From: Mobula hypostoma
Lineage: Eukaryota
Length of the DNA stretch: 64,000 nt
Assembly (NCBI RefSeq): GCF_963921235.1
Contig: NC_086097.1
Coordinates: 70,372,001-70,436,000, forward strand
Direction of reading: 5' to 3'
In this document: in pieces, positions 12,258 to 23,890 of the stretch
Layout of the letters: each line of letters begins with the position of its first letter
Position numbering within the stretch: position 1 is the stretch's first letter
Notes under the pieces: generated by a model
What the model saw: the letters and a program-made list of their open reading frames with translations, nothing else
Database searches by the model: none
Told to the model about the DNA's origin: nothing
Translations under genes and position numbers: made by a program

Positions 12258-14256
12258 TAAATGTCTGGTGCCTTTATTCTATTAGTGCATGCTATGCATG
12301 GAATATTTGGGAAGATAAACATTTGACTTTGCAAGTCCCTGTGTTTTCTAAATGATTATTTTTTATGTTGAATTTGTTTGGGTAGCAGACATAAAGTTGT
12401 GTTATATGATAGGATTTCCAATCTTTTTCAGTGAATGTAATAGAATAAGAGACACTGAATATTACTAGGTGCCTTTTGGCCCACCATAGCAATCAACTAC
12501 CTATCTATACTCATCACATTCTGCCTGCTAACTATTAGGAGTAACTGACATTGTCTGCACTTCATTTAATTGAGCTGTACATTGAGGCAATGTATAATCT
12601 CATGCGTTAGGCCTAAGTGAGTAATTTCCATGGATACTGCTGATTGTACATGGGAAAATTGTGTAAGCACTTAGAGAAGCTGTTTATAACATGCTATTTC
12701 ACGGTATGCAAGGGCAATATTTCTTCAGTCACCAAGGAAACTGCCCTATTCAATTTACTGTCCCGCCAAATTAATTTTTACAAATAGAAAACTAAAGAAA
12801 CAGATTGCTGTGCCCCATGAACATTGCCAAATTAAGCTACAGTTCAAGGGAAGTTTTTTTAAAAAAATCATACACAAAGTTCTTTAAGTGACAGAAGAGA
12901 AGTAATACAGCACTGATGAACATAATTTCACTGAAATTAGTGTAGGAGCAAAATTCTAAATAAATGTGACCACTCCCCCCCCCCCCCCCCGCAATGTTGA
13001 GACCAGACTGAGACTGTGACTCTGTTACACCGGCAGTACCACCCACACACCATATGCAAAGATAGCCTACAGCCACAGCCACCATACTTTCAAGATCACA
13101 GACAGTAAACCAGACAAGATGTCACCGTTCTTTAACAGGGCATGGTGCCAGCTCCCACACACATGACTTCATTAGCTTATACATTCATACATCTGGCATC
13201 AGGTCAGAAGACTCTATCCTGAATTCATGCCAACATTTCATCAGCACTCACATTCCCCCAAACCTTGCCAATATCAGCAAATGAAGAAAATAATTACACT
13301 CTTTTTTTCACTATTTTAATTTCCATTTATTAGATTGTGGTAAAAGGACAGCAACAGATGCAACCGGAAGTGAACATCTAAAAAAAACACGAGATGTTAC
13401 AAAATAAACTGAACTGAAATACCAACTAATGAGATGTGTTTGAGGAAAAATATTTTAATTTGAAATGAGCAATTTGAATGATGCTAAGGGGATATTCTTC
13501 TATCATTGGTTTGTAAAAGGGGAAAGATTTACATTTACACTGTACCTTTTCCTCTTCTTTCTAGGGCATTTCAAAATGTTTTATAGCTAATGAAGTTCTA
13601 ACGTTAAAATGTTGAATAAAATGGCAGCCAATTTGCACACAGCAAGCTACTACAATTAGCACATTAATAATGTCCATATAATCTGTTTTAGTAAATACTG
13701 GTGAGGACTAACCAGTGAAGTGTGAAATTAAGTAATATATTTCAGAGTGAGATTTTCTTTTAAATATTATCATTTAAACATAATGTCATATGTGGATAAT
13801 CTTATGACCATCAGGAAATTGAGTAAGTAGAAGCCATGTAGATTTGGCAGAGCAGGTGCCATGACTATTACATTTTAAAGGACTCAGGAAAAAGAATGTG
13901 GAGACCTACCATTTGTCTAAACAAGTATTTGATACTGACATCAAAAATCTTTGTGGAGTTAGTAGAGTATCTAAAGCTTAATTTGCAGTCACGCGATTAA
14001 GGAGCTTGTCAGTTCAGTCTGATTTGCAAATGGCAGCTTTTATCACACAAGATATTCAAGGACAATAATATCTTCATTTTCACTCTGTTTCTTTACAATA
14101 AGCGGCCTTGACTTTACATCTTTTGATGCCTACTGAGAACAGAACAATGTTCAGTGGTGTCTATTAATCATTGGTCTAAGTGTTATAAGTGGTAATATTG
14201 CAGCAGCTGAGAGTAGATATGCTGTATATTCTAGCGGACTGCAGAAAACACAACTA

Positions 14257-14809
14257 CAATCAGCGGCCACTTTATTAGCTACCTCCTGTACCTAATAAAG
14301 TGGCCACTGAGTGTATATTTGTGGTCTTCTGCTGTTGTAGTCCATCCACTTCAAGGTTTGACATGTTGTGCATTCAAAGATGCTTTTCTGCACACCACTG
14401 TTGTAATGCATGATTACTTGTGTCACTGTCGCCTTCCTGTCAGCTTGAACCAGTCTGGCCATTCTCGTCTGACCAATCCCATTAACAAGGTATTTTTGCC
14501 CACAGAACAGCTGCTCACTGGACGTTTTTTGTCTTTTGCACCATTCTCTGTAAACTCGAGAGAATGTTGTGTGTGAAAAATCAGCAGTTTCTGAGATACT
14601 CAAATCACCCTGTCCGGCACCGACAATCATTCTATGGTCAAAGCCACTGAGATCACATTCCTTCCCCTATTCTGATGTTCGATCTGAACAACAACTGAAC
14701 CTCTTGACCACGTCTGCATGCTTTAATGCATTGAGTTGCTGCCACATGATTGGCTGATTAGATATTTGCATTAATGAGCAGGTATACCTAATAAAGTGGA
14801 AACTGAGTG
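14257..14809 (-). mobile_element. Non-autonomous Tc1-like DNA transposon
   Basis: TIR CA(C/A)TCAG(T/C)GGCCACTTTATTAG / CTAATAAAGTGG..ACTGAGTG flanked by TA; ORF 14292-14630 resembles the Tc1 transposase N-terminal HTH (SISETAD..HTT.SRVYREW...RMARLVQADRKAT). Confidence 0.88.
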
Positions 14810-15014
14810 TATGCATCAACTACTTCAAGAATGATACTACTAAAGAAAATAAGAACACCCATATGTTTATTTGTTGCATTCCATTAGTTAAGACTTTGTT
14901 AACTTTATGTTATTGATAAACTTTGATTAAAATATTAATAAATTCAATATACTGTGAATGGTAAAGTTCATCAGTCTCAACATTTTCAACAGATGTTGGA
15001 AACCCAGAGGAAAC

Positions 15015-15145
15015 TACACAAAATGCTGGAGGAACTCAGCAGGCCAGGCAACATCTTTGGAAGGAAATAAACAGTGGCTGTTTCAGGCCAAAACCCTGCG
15101 TTCAATTAACAACTTTCCTCTATCAGATATGGCCTGAACTGTCAT
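15015..15145. mobile_element. Decayed Penelope-derived terminal fragment
   Basis: ACACAAAATGCTGGAGGAACTCAGCAGGCCAGGCA...GTTTCAGGCCAAAACCCT, the same terminus as the other copies. Confidence 0.7.
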
Positions 15146-17881
15146 GAATTAAAACATATCATTTGCTGCACCACATTGAAGACCCATTGAGTTTTTAAAA
15201 TCACAAATCAATGCCTTTCCTAATATATAGCACAGTACATAATTATTTTATTGGCAGTTAAAACCTCATTGATTGAATGCATTTATGCATCTAGAACAAA
15301 TACAAAAGCCGAAGTCTCTGATTGCACAGTTCTTCCTTTGCTTCATTTTAAGTCCAAATGCTACAGATTACTTTACTTCAATGAAGTGACATCACCTTGT
15401 TTTTAAAAATTCTTCATAATGAAATCCCTGTGAAAGGAGTGGATGGTGATTCCAGACTTCTGCTGATATGCCCTGTGGCCAATAACTGAAAGGTAAGCAA
15501 AGTTGCTCCATTCTCTTCTTTCCTTAATGTTCTAACGTTATGTGTTGAATATAATGTTTCATAAAGCTTCACTGAGAATGTTGAATATCATCACATTTTA
15601 TCTTCAAAATTTTAAGGAAGTATTTTACTTTTGCAATGTTTCATAAAGCTTCTCGGAGAGTTTGCAAAATCCAATGCAATATTCTTGACATAGTCATTTA
15701 AATGTGAATTCCACCAGATGATGGCAGTGCTGTACAAGTTGACATCATATCTAAAATTTACAGTCCTTAAAGTGATTGAATAGGAACGAAAGTTAATATT
15801 TGTTCATGTTATAGTTCTGAAAAATATGTTATGCACATCCGATTGCTATTGTTTAGAGGACAGCGAACAATCCAGTCACATTCAATTTAGTCTATTTCCA
15901 GTTGTAGACAATATGCTACATGAAAGCCATATCGGATTGAAAGGCTAGGTGCAGAAGGTGCAGACAAAGGGTTATGGCAATGTGTTTGTCTCCCATGGAA
16001 ACCTAATTCCATAGTAACGCTGATAGAGACATCAGATGTAACTGTATAAACAGTATTTTTTTCCCCAGTTTGCTTTTGTGATTGCCACAAGTCTCAAACC
16101 GCCATTATCCTTTGTTGAACAAATGTTACATTTGTTTTGCATAATGAAATACACAGCACAGTCCCAGCAGGTATTCAATTTGCCTTTATTACAATATGTT
16201 TAGCATATGAATAAAGGAAAAAGAAAGGCTGTCATTGAAAGAGACAGCTCCATGCAACAGCAGATCAGGCATAATTTCACAGGAACATTTTACAGCAAAA
16301 TGTAAATATTCAATTAATTACTTTACATTTTGGATTCTTTTTAGTGTGCCTAAACCTCAATGACTATATCCTCAAATAAATCAGCCCTGATCCTAAGGGA
16401 CCAAAATTTTGAATTTAAATATTGAATTTGGGTGGATTTATTTAGCTAACAGATTGACTTAATATTTAAATTCAGCAAGATTTCTTTGCATCTACCATCA
16501 GGTTGTGGGTTCAGATGATATTGTAGAGTATCTCATCCCATGGTAAAAACATGTATTTCTTCAATTTTCTCCATCTCAGTTAGTTCCCTGCTGTGTATCA
16601 TCCATGTGTCAGTATGTAATGACTCAACGACAATTCTTTTTGATAAGAAGCAAAAAAAAATCTTGTCATGACATTCCCAGCCATATAAGATAATAAAGCC
16701 TTTCTGAGCAATTAACTACAGAAAGAAAAGATCATAAACTGCAACCAAAATGTTAATCCACTGACTAAATGACTTTTAAACAAGACAATAACAACGTTGA
16801 CGCTCCGGTTTTGTCAGGTGACTGGAAGGAACAATTTTGCAAACCCTATAGTTAATATACCTCATATACAATACACTCACATCACTATTTTCACTTCTCT
16901 GGTTTTCCATATTAAAACATAATATGGAAACATAACAAAGAGGCCATTTTAATTAGCCTTCGCAGTAACATAAAAGTTGAGACCCCCTTACACTGGTTTT
17001 GGGAAATATGGAGATTATGATGAGGAGAAACCTCTTGAAAAGTGGACAGATTGGAAAAATTAAGATATATCAATTTTCCTAAATTTTTAAGCCTATCATC
17101 GATGGAAAATATTAACTAGCTAGTAATCTTGAAGATGCCTCCATGCCAACATTCAAGAAGGTTCATCCAACAACATTGATCAGGTCTCAGCGCAAATGGG
17201 GTGAGTCAGCCAATATCAGGTTCTATTATCATATGAGGTGGAATTTCCCTCTTTGAGGTATCCTCCTATCTCATAGCTTGGCCAATGAATAATCTAATAG
17301 CTAAAGTTTAAGATTGAAACAGTAAATGTCATGGCATTCTGAATATACTGATAAAGCCTGAATTTATATCTTCAAAAAATATCAAATGGTTTCCAGTCAA
17401 TAAAGAAGAGTTTTGTGGATGGAATATCCCCGGTCAGAAACAGAAAATGAGATGCATGATCAAGCCTTGCTTGCTTTGGTTGAGGAAGAATATTGGCCAG
17501 CATATTTGGAAACTCTCCTATTTTCATCAAACACGTTTTGCCTACAAAATAAGTAGTACAAGTTATTAAATCTCATTATTTATGCATCCTTGCTGCAAAG
17601 TCAGCAAAATAGAATAATTTACGTAGCATACAAAATTATAACCAGCAACTTTGTGCAGATGACAAGTTCATGTTCAGAGGCTACGTGGCACCTCAGATCG
17701 CATGTGATCCTTATTTGAAGAGCAAGCAAAATTCTACAGTGAAACTTTGTAGAATCTAGGCACTGAAGCAGGTTGAGGGCTGCTTTGAAATTAGTAAAGG
17801 GTCCAACCCTACCTGAACCATGCAAGGGAATGCAGTACATCGTCATTCTCTTGCCAGGTTCTTTCCTGCCACTATCAATAC

Positions 17882-18372
17882 CAGACATCCCACCTCTCCC
17901 GGAAATTCTGGGAGTCTCCCGCATATTGATAGCGGCTCCCTGATGCCCGCAAATTATATACAATATCCCGGAAATCAATTTTTTTGAGAGCAAGCGAGAG
18001 AGCGCGAGAGAGAGAGAGAGAGCGTGTGCCATGGCAGAGTGTTCCAAAAGAAGAAAATATAAAATGTATGTCTCCCCAGACTACCCTAAGCTGTACCCCT
18101 GCCTAATATGGGTCAAAAATAATGACGATGTTGCTCACTGCACTGTTTGCAACAGTGACTTTTCTATTGCCCATGGTGGGTTAAGACTGTAAAAAACATG
18201 TTGAGGTGAGTTTAACAGGTGTCATTCATTCATTGGCATAGCTAACGTTATTTAAACTAGCTGGCTAGCTGCTAAGGAGCAGACATCCCACCTCTTCCTG
18301 AAGTTCCGGGAGTCTCCCACAAATTGATGGTGCTACCTCCCTGAAATGAGTTTTTGCAGGGTGGGATGTCTG
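17882..18372 (+). mobile_element. Non-autonomous hAT-like element with 6-bp TSD
   Basis: 13-bp TIR CAGACATCCCACC / GGTGGGATGTCTG; CAATAC at 17876-17881 and 18373-18378; internal remnant AHCTVCNSDFSIAHGG (zinc-finger-like transposase N-terminus). Confidence 0.8.
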
Positions 18373-19084
18373 CAATACCCCAGTTAGTGTCCTCTTTAAT
18401 CATCTCTTCAAGACTAACCCCTGACCCATCCTCCTACTGTACTTCTCCAGCCATTTCCACAACCCATCCCTGTGATCAAATTGCCCGTCACCTTCCCGAT
18501 CCATCACCTAGTCATTTCCCAGAACTACCTCTGCAATTATTTGCCAAACACTTTGCAAACTATCCCATCAATCAGCTCCTCAATCACCTTCCCTGTTGCC
18601 TCTCCAGTCAGCTCCCTTACTCATTCTCACACTTGCTATATGTGACTCCAGTCCATTTGTGTACATGAGAGGCTTTATTTTGAAGCACAATAAATTAACA
18701 TGGCCACGTGCTGAATACTAACAACTCACCTATGGGAGATGGAATTTAGCAATAATTCCGGCTGATGACAGCATGTTCTACGAGATTTTATATTTGCAGG
18801 TGATGTTTTGTCTGTGTATTGAATCTCTGTCTGTGCCTGGGTTCCTAAGTGGAGTCATAACCTGGTTTTCCAATTAGATGAACATGATAAGATTAGTAGG
18901 ACACGAGGTCATTGAGTACAATTAGTGTGGAGACTGGGGTGAGGGAGAGACAGAAAGAACAAATCTGTCAGACTCAGCAAAAAATTAACTAGGAACCATT
19001 GATTTTGCGTATGGTCTTGTCAACCTCCACACTCACTTACCTTCCTACCATTTCTCTGACCCTACCTGCTCAACTGGTTGGATG

Positions 19085-20510
19085 GAATCTGAAAGTTTAG
19101 TGCTGATGTCAGAGCGTCTGTCAAGCGGTCAAACCCCTGCAAAGCATCATGCCCCAATGGTGTACATGGCCGGGTAATGAAAACCAGTGCCAACCAACTG
19201 ACTAGAGCATTCAAGGACATCTTCAACATTTTACTTTTGTGCTCTCAGTTTCCCACCTGCTTCAGTAGGGCAGCAAACCTTCTGGAGTACAGCTCAGCAG
19301 GGTGAGCTGTCTCAATGACTATCGACCAGTAGCACTCACATCTATTGTAATGAAGTAATTTGACAGGTTGTTTATAGCTACAAATGACTCCCACACGAGC
19401 TAAAGCTAATTTATCTAGTGCTTCATCAGGTCTACAGTGGAAACAATCTCAGTGGCTCTCCATTCTGCTTTGAATCACCCGGTTGTGAGAAAAACATACA
19501 TTAGGCTGTTTTTTATCGATTACTGCTCAATACTCAATACCATGATCCACGCAGTATTAAGCATCAAGCTTTTACACTTTAACTTCTGTACTTTCCTCTG
19601 GAACTGGATTCTTGACTTCGTCAGTGAGAGACCACAGTCAGTGAGGATTGGTGATATCTCCTCCTCCCTGACAATCAACACAGACATGCCTCAAGGATGC
19701 ATTCCTAGCTCACCACTCTACTCCCTCTGCACTCATGACTGCACGGCTAAGCAATGCTCAAAACCCATTTGTAAATCCACAGATGATACCATTGTTGGTG
19801 GTAAGATCTCAGATGACACCAAGGAGTCGTACAAGAGTGTGGTAAATTGGCTGGCAGCAAGACCTCGCACTGCGTGACAGCAAGACCAAGGAGTTGATTA
19901 CGGACTTCAGAAAGGGTGAATTTGGAGAGTCCTCATGGAGGGGTCAGCAGTGGAAAGAGTGAGCAGGTTCTAGTTCCTGGTTGCCAACATCTCAAGGATC
20001 TCTCCTGGGGCCAACACACTGATGCAATCACACAGAAGGCATGTCAGTGGCTCTACTTTGTTAGGAGTTTGAGTGAATTTAGTAGGGCACCAAAGACTCT
20101 TGAAAATTTCAGTGGATGAATGGCGGAGTGCGTTCTGACTGGCTGCATCACAGTGTGGTTACGCAGCCTCCAACGCATGGGTTTGAAAGAGGCTGCAGAG
20201 GGTTATTAACTCAACTAACTCCGTCACGGGCATGGTCCTCCGCACTAGCAAGGACACCTTCAAGAGGTGGTGCCTCAAGAAGGTGGCATCAATCATTAAG
20301 GCCCCTCACCATCTGGGAGTGCTGCCCATGATGAGGTACAGGAGCCTGAAGATGTGCATTCAGAAAGTGAGTAGCAGCTTCTTCCCACCCACCGTCAGAT
20401 TTCAGATTTCATGGATTCAGGAGCAGTACCTCATCATTACCTTTTTTGCACTGATTATTTTATTTTGTAGTTACAGTTATCTTATATTTCTGCATGTACT
20501 GCTGCTGCAA
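19085..20510 (+). mobile_element. Rex1/Babar LINE, heavily decayed
   Basis: TYIRLFFIDYCS.LNT, LWNWILDF..ERPQSVRIG, PQGCI.S.PLYSL.THDC, DDT. Confidence 0.85.
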
Positions 20511-21198
20511 AACAGAAAGCTCATTCAAGTGTCCAACAGGACAAATTCAGCTCACACATTTTCCCAGCTATCAAGCCTGTTTGATTGGCACAAGAATAGC
20601 ATTTCTCATTCAAGTGAATGGGGGATTTGGACGCTAGGAAAAAGATAGGTACCTGTACTTCTGTTATATATTTAAGATTCCTTCAATATTCTCAAATTAT
20701 TTTCAGTTTCCAGTGTTTCAAATGGAATGTAAAACAAATATTGCTAAATTGAAACATTTTTTTGACTTTTTAATAGGTTACTGACTGAACATCAAAGACA
20801 TTCAGGAAGAGTCAGTGATGCTAACCTCTTTGACAGCTAATGGGCCAGGGGCATGGTCTGACTGTCTGTTCAGTCCATTCTGTGCATACAGCATTGAGAT
20901 AATCCCCATGCTGTATTGACAAAAAGCAATTCAGTGCTGGACTGGGAAGAGACAGTGTGGCATAGAGGAAGGTGGTCATCAGTTCTGGGGCTGTTCCATG
21001 TGGAGATCAGATAAGGACAAGGCGGTTTTCTCTGTAAGTGAACAGCTTTATCATTTAGAATCTCCCAGCTGATATGTAATCAGAATCAGGTTTAACATGA
21101 CTGGCATATGTCGTGAAATTTGATGTTATGTGGCAGCAGTACATTGCAATATATAATAAAGACTAAATTATAGTAAGAAGTATATATATATATATAAA

Positions 21199-22521
21199 TG
21201 AAACCCTACCCCCCATGCTAGATTCCTTGGGCTGCGTAATTCTAGGTAATACACACTCTGGTCCCACCAAATCTGTGAGACTGAGATGGGTCTCCCACCC
21301 TAAACCCCAGTTTGTGTGGATGCTGTGTAACTTGCTACCCTGTTTCAACTCAGTGCCAAGAAACGACAGTACACTTCATACGATTAAAGAGATTATATTT
21401 ATTAGATTAGATTAGATTATGAGGATGCGCAGTCCTCTTTTATTGTCATTTAGTAATGCATGCATTAAGAAATGATTCAATGTTCCTCCGGTGTGATATC
21501 ACAGAAACACAAGACAGACCAAGACTGAAAAACTGACAAAAACCACATAATTATAATATATAGTTACAACAGCGCAAGCAATACTGTAACTTGATGAAGA
21601 ACAGGCCATGGGCACGGTAAAAAAAGTTCAAAGTCTCTTGGAAGTCCCACATCTCACGCAGACGGGAGAAGGAAGAAAACTCTCCCTCCCTCTCACAGTC
21701 CGACTCTGAGTCATCTGAAAACTTCGAACCTCCGACCAGCCCTCTGACACCGAGCACCGAGCACCATCTCTGCCGAGCGCTTTGACTCCATCCCCGGCCA
21801 CCAGCAGCAGGCAAAGCCAAGGATTTGGGGCCTTCCCTCCGGAGATTCTCGATTGCACAGTAGCAGCGGCAGCGGACCGGGCATATCAGAAGTTACTCCA
21901 GATGTTCCTCCGTGCTTCTCACGGCTGTCTCCATCAAATCAGAATTGTACACAGCATCCTACTTACAGATACGATATCATTTAACCGGAGAGGCTACGCG
22001 CGCTGCGTCGCGTCGCCATCTTCTCCTCCTGCCTCCTCTGTTTTGCATTCCATTCGAAACACTGGAAACTGAAAATAATTTGAGAATATTGAAGGAATCT
22101 TAAATATATAACAGAAGTACAGGTAGCTATCTTTTTACTAGCATCCATTCCCCGATTCATTTGAACGAGAAAGATTTATGAATCTTAACTTAACTACAGG
22201 GTTAGTAAAGAAAAGAAAAAAACAAAAAGGGCCCATTATAATTAAACAGTCAAATGTGCACAAGTTGGAGTTCAACTCTTCCAAAAGTCATACATATTCA
22301 CCAATCCTCAGTAGACCCCAGCACCTCGCACCATCGAATCATGGTCCCCCACCGGGTCAAATCCTATGGCCGGTTCTGTCCAGCATCTTCTTTCTTCATC
22401 TCCTGTCGAACAAAACACCAGCTCTCATTCCAAAGCACCCGTTATCTCTAATCATAACCCAAACATTGCTTCTACAGAAAGACCATTATGTTAGCAGTGA
22501 AACCTTCCCCAAGGTATTACA
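21199..22521 (-). mobile_element. Probable solo LTR, interrupted at 21403-22173
   Basis: TG...CA termini with imperfect inverted ends (TGAAACC / GGTATTACA); flanks TAAA / CAAA (4-bp TSD, one mismatch); the two halves join through the duplicated ATTTAT. Confidence 0.6.
21403..22038 (-). mobile_element. Non-autonomous retroelement with LINE-like 5' end and (TCTAA)n tail
   Basis: Minus strand starts GGAGGAGAAGATGGCGACGCG (CpG-rich, AAGATGGCG YY1-type motif, no tRNA boxes seen) and ends AATAAAAG...AATCTAATCTAATCTAA; ATTTAT duplicated at 21397-21402 and 22174-22179. Confidence 0.7.
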
Positions 22522-23279
22522 CAAAAATTAAATTAAATAAACAGTGTAAAATAGTAGTTAGGTAATGTTCATGATTCAGTATTCATTTATAAAACTGATG
22601 ACAGTGGGGAGGAAGCTGTCCCACAATTATTGAATGTGTGCCTTCAGGCTCCTGTACCTTCTCCCTGATGGTAGGAATGAGAGGAGGACATGTCATAGGT
22701 GATAGGGGTCCTTAGTGATGGATGCCACCTCTTTGAGGCATCGCTCCTGCGAGATATCCTGGATGCTGGGGTGGTTAGTGCCCACGATAGTGCTGACTGA
22801 GTTTACAACTTTCTGCAGCTAATTTCAATCCTGTGCAGTGCCCCCCTCCTCCACCCCATACCAGATGCCAATGCAGCCAGTTAGAACACAGACTGGTCAT
22901 TTGGGCAATTGACTTGTGTATATGCATCCTCATTTGTGTCATTTGTCTTTGACCATTAGAGGCACCACAGGCTAAAAAAATTAACTTTTTGAGATTCCTT
23001 TTCAGTTAAGGCCACAGAAAGTGAGGGGGAAAATATCAGTTCAATCCTCAACAGAAAATATTCCTTGGTTTGTTGTGAATAGGGGATGGTGGTATTAGTA
23101 TTTTATGCTGTAGATATTGAAGGACATATAATACTTCCAATTCCAATATACTGTAGATTTCTGTTTTTACTTTATACAATATTTAGTTCACAAAATCAAA
23201 ACTGGCAGAAAAACCTACAGTGTGTTGGGATCAGATTTTACCCAGGTCTGGAACTTAGAAGAGGATTGAAAGACATTTT

Positions 23280-23890
23280 AAAAAAAATTATTTATTTTAA
23301 TTTATTACAAACAAACAAAAAAACACAAAAAAATACAGCAATCCACAAAAGCCACAACCATAACAAAATCTAATCGAATATTGAGCAGCAAAAGGGAGAA
23401 AAATATAAAGGCAAAAGTAAACATACACAGCAGAGGTGCACCACATCAAACAACCTCAGTCCTCACCCCGTAAGAAAGTCCAATACAGGGCCCCATATCC
23501 TTTCAAAGATGTCCCCTCTGTCCTCATTACATAGTCTCAGTCTCTCCAAATGTGAAGTATTTGCCAGTTCACTCAGCCACAGATCGTACATAGGCACAGA
23601 GTCCATTTTCCACATTTGCAGGATTAGCTTCTTAGCAATCACCATTCCAAATAATACAGCCATTTTTTCATACATATTGGCTGAAGATAGGGAGCTTGTT
23701 GCTCCAAGGATGGCTATGAGCGGGTCTGGTTCCCACCGCTTCTCAAAAGCCTCAGAGTAAAAGTGAAAGATACTTTTCCAGTATGCATAAAGCTTACAAC
23801 ATGACCAGAATGAATGTGACAAGTTACTGTTCACAGATTTACAAACTGGTGAAACATCAGGGTAGAAAGAAGACAGCATTTTTACCCAGG
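23280..23890 (-). mobile_element. L1 LINE 3' end (ORF2 C-terminus and 3' UTR)
   Basis: SPVC...LSHSFWSC.KL..YW..IF...AKKLILQMWK...P....WL.EL.....LE...F..IW.P typical of fish-type L1 ORF2; AATAAA-rich end near 23280-23305. Confidence 0.88.

Larger units (their letters stand above)
21078..22890 (-). mobile_element. Rex1/Babar 3' fragment split by nested insertions (pieces ~21078-21198 and ~22522-22890)
   Basis: AATCAGAATCAGGTTTAA tail as at 40732; resumes after 22521 with CTGATGACAGTGGGGAGGAAGCTG...CTCCCTGATGGTAG...TGCAGCCAGTTAGAA. Confidence 0.7.

Noticed and set aside
15400..15498. Strong donor AAG|GTAAGC suggesting a coding exon
   Set aside because: All three upstream frames contain stops close to the donor; at most non-coding
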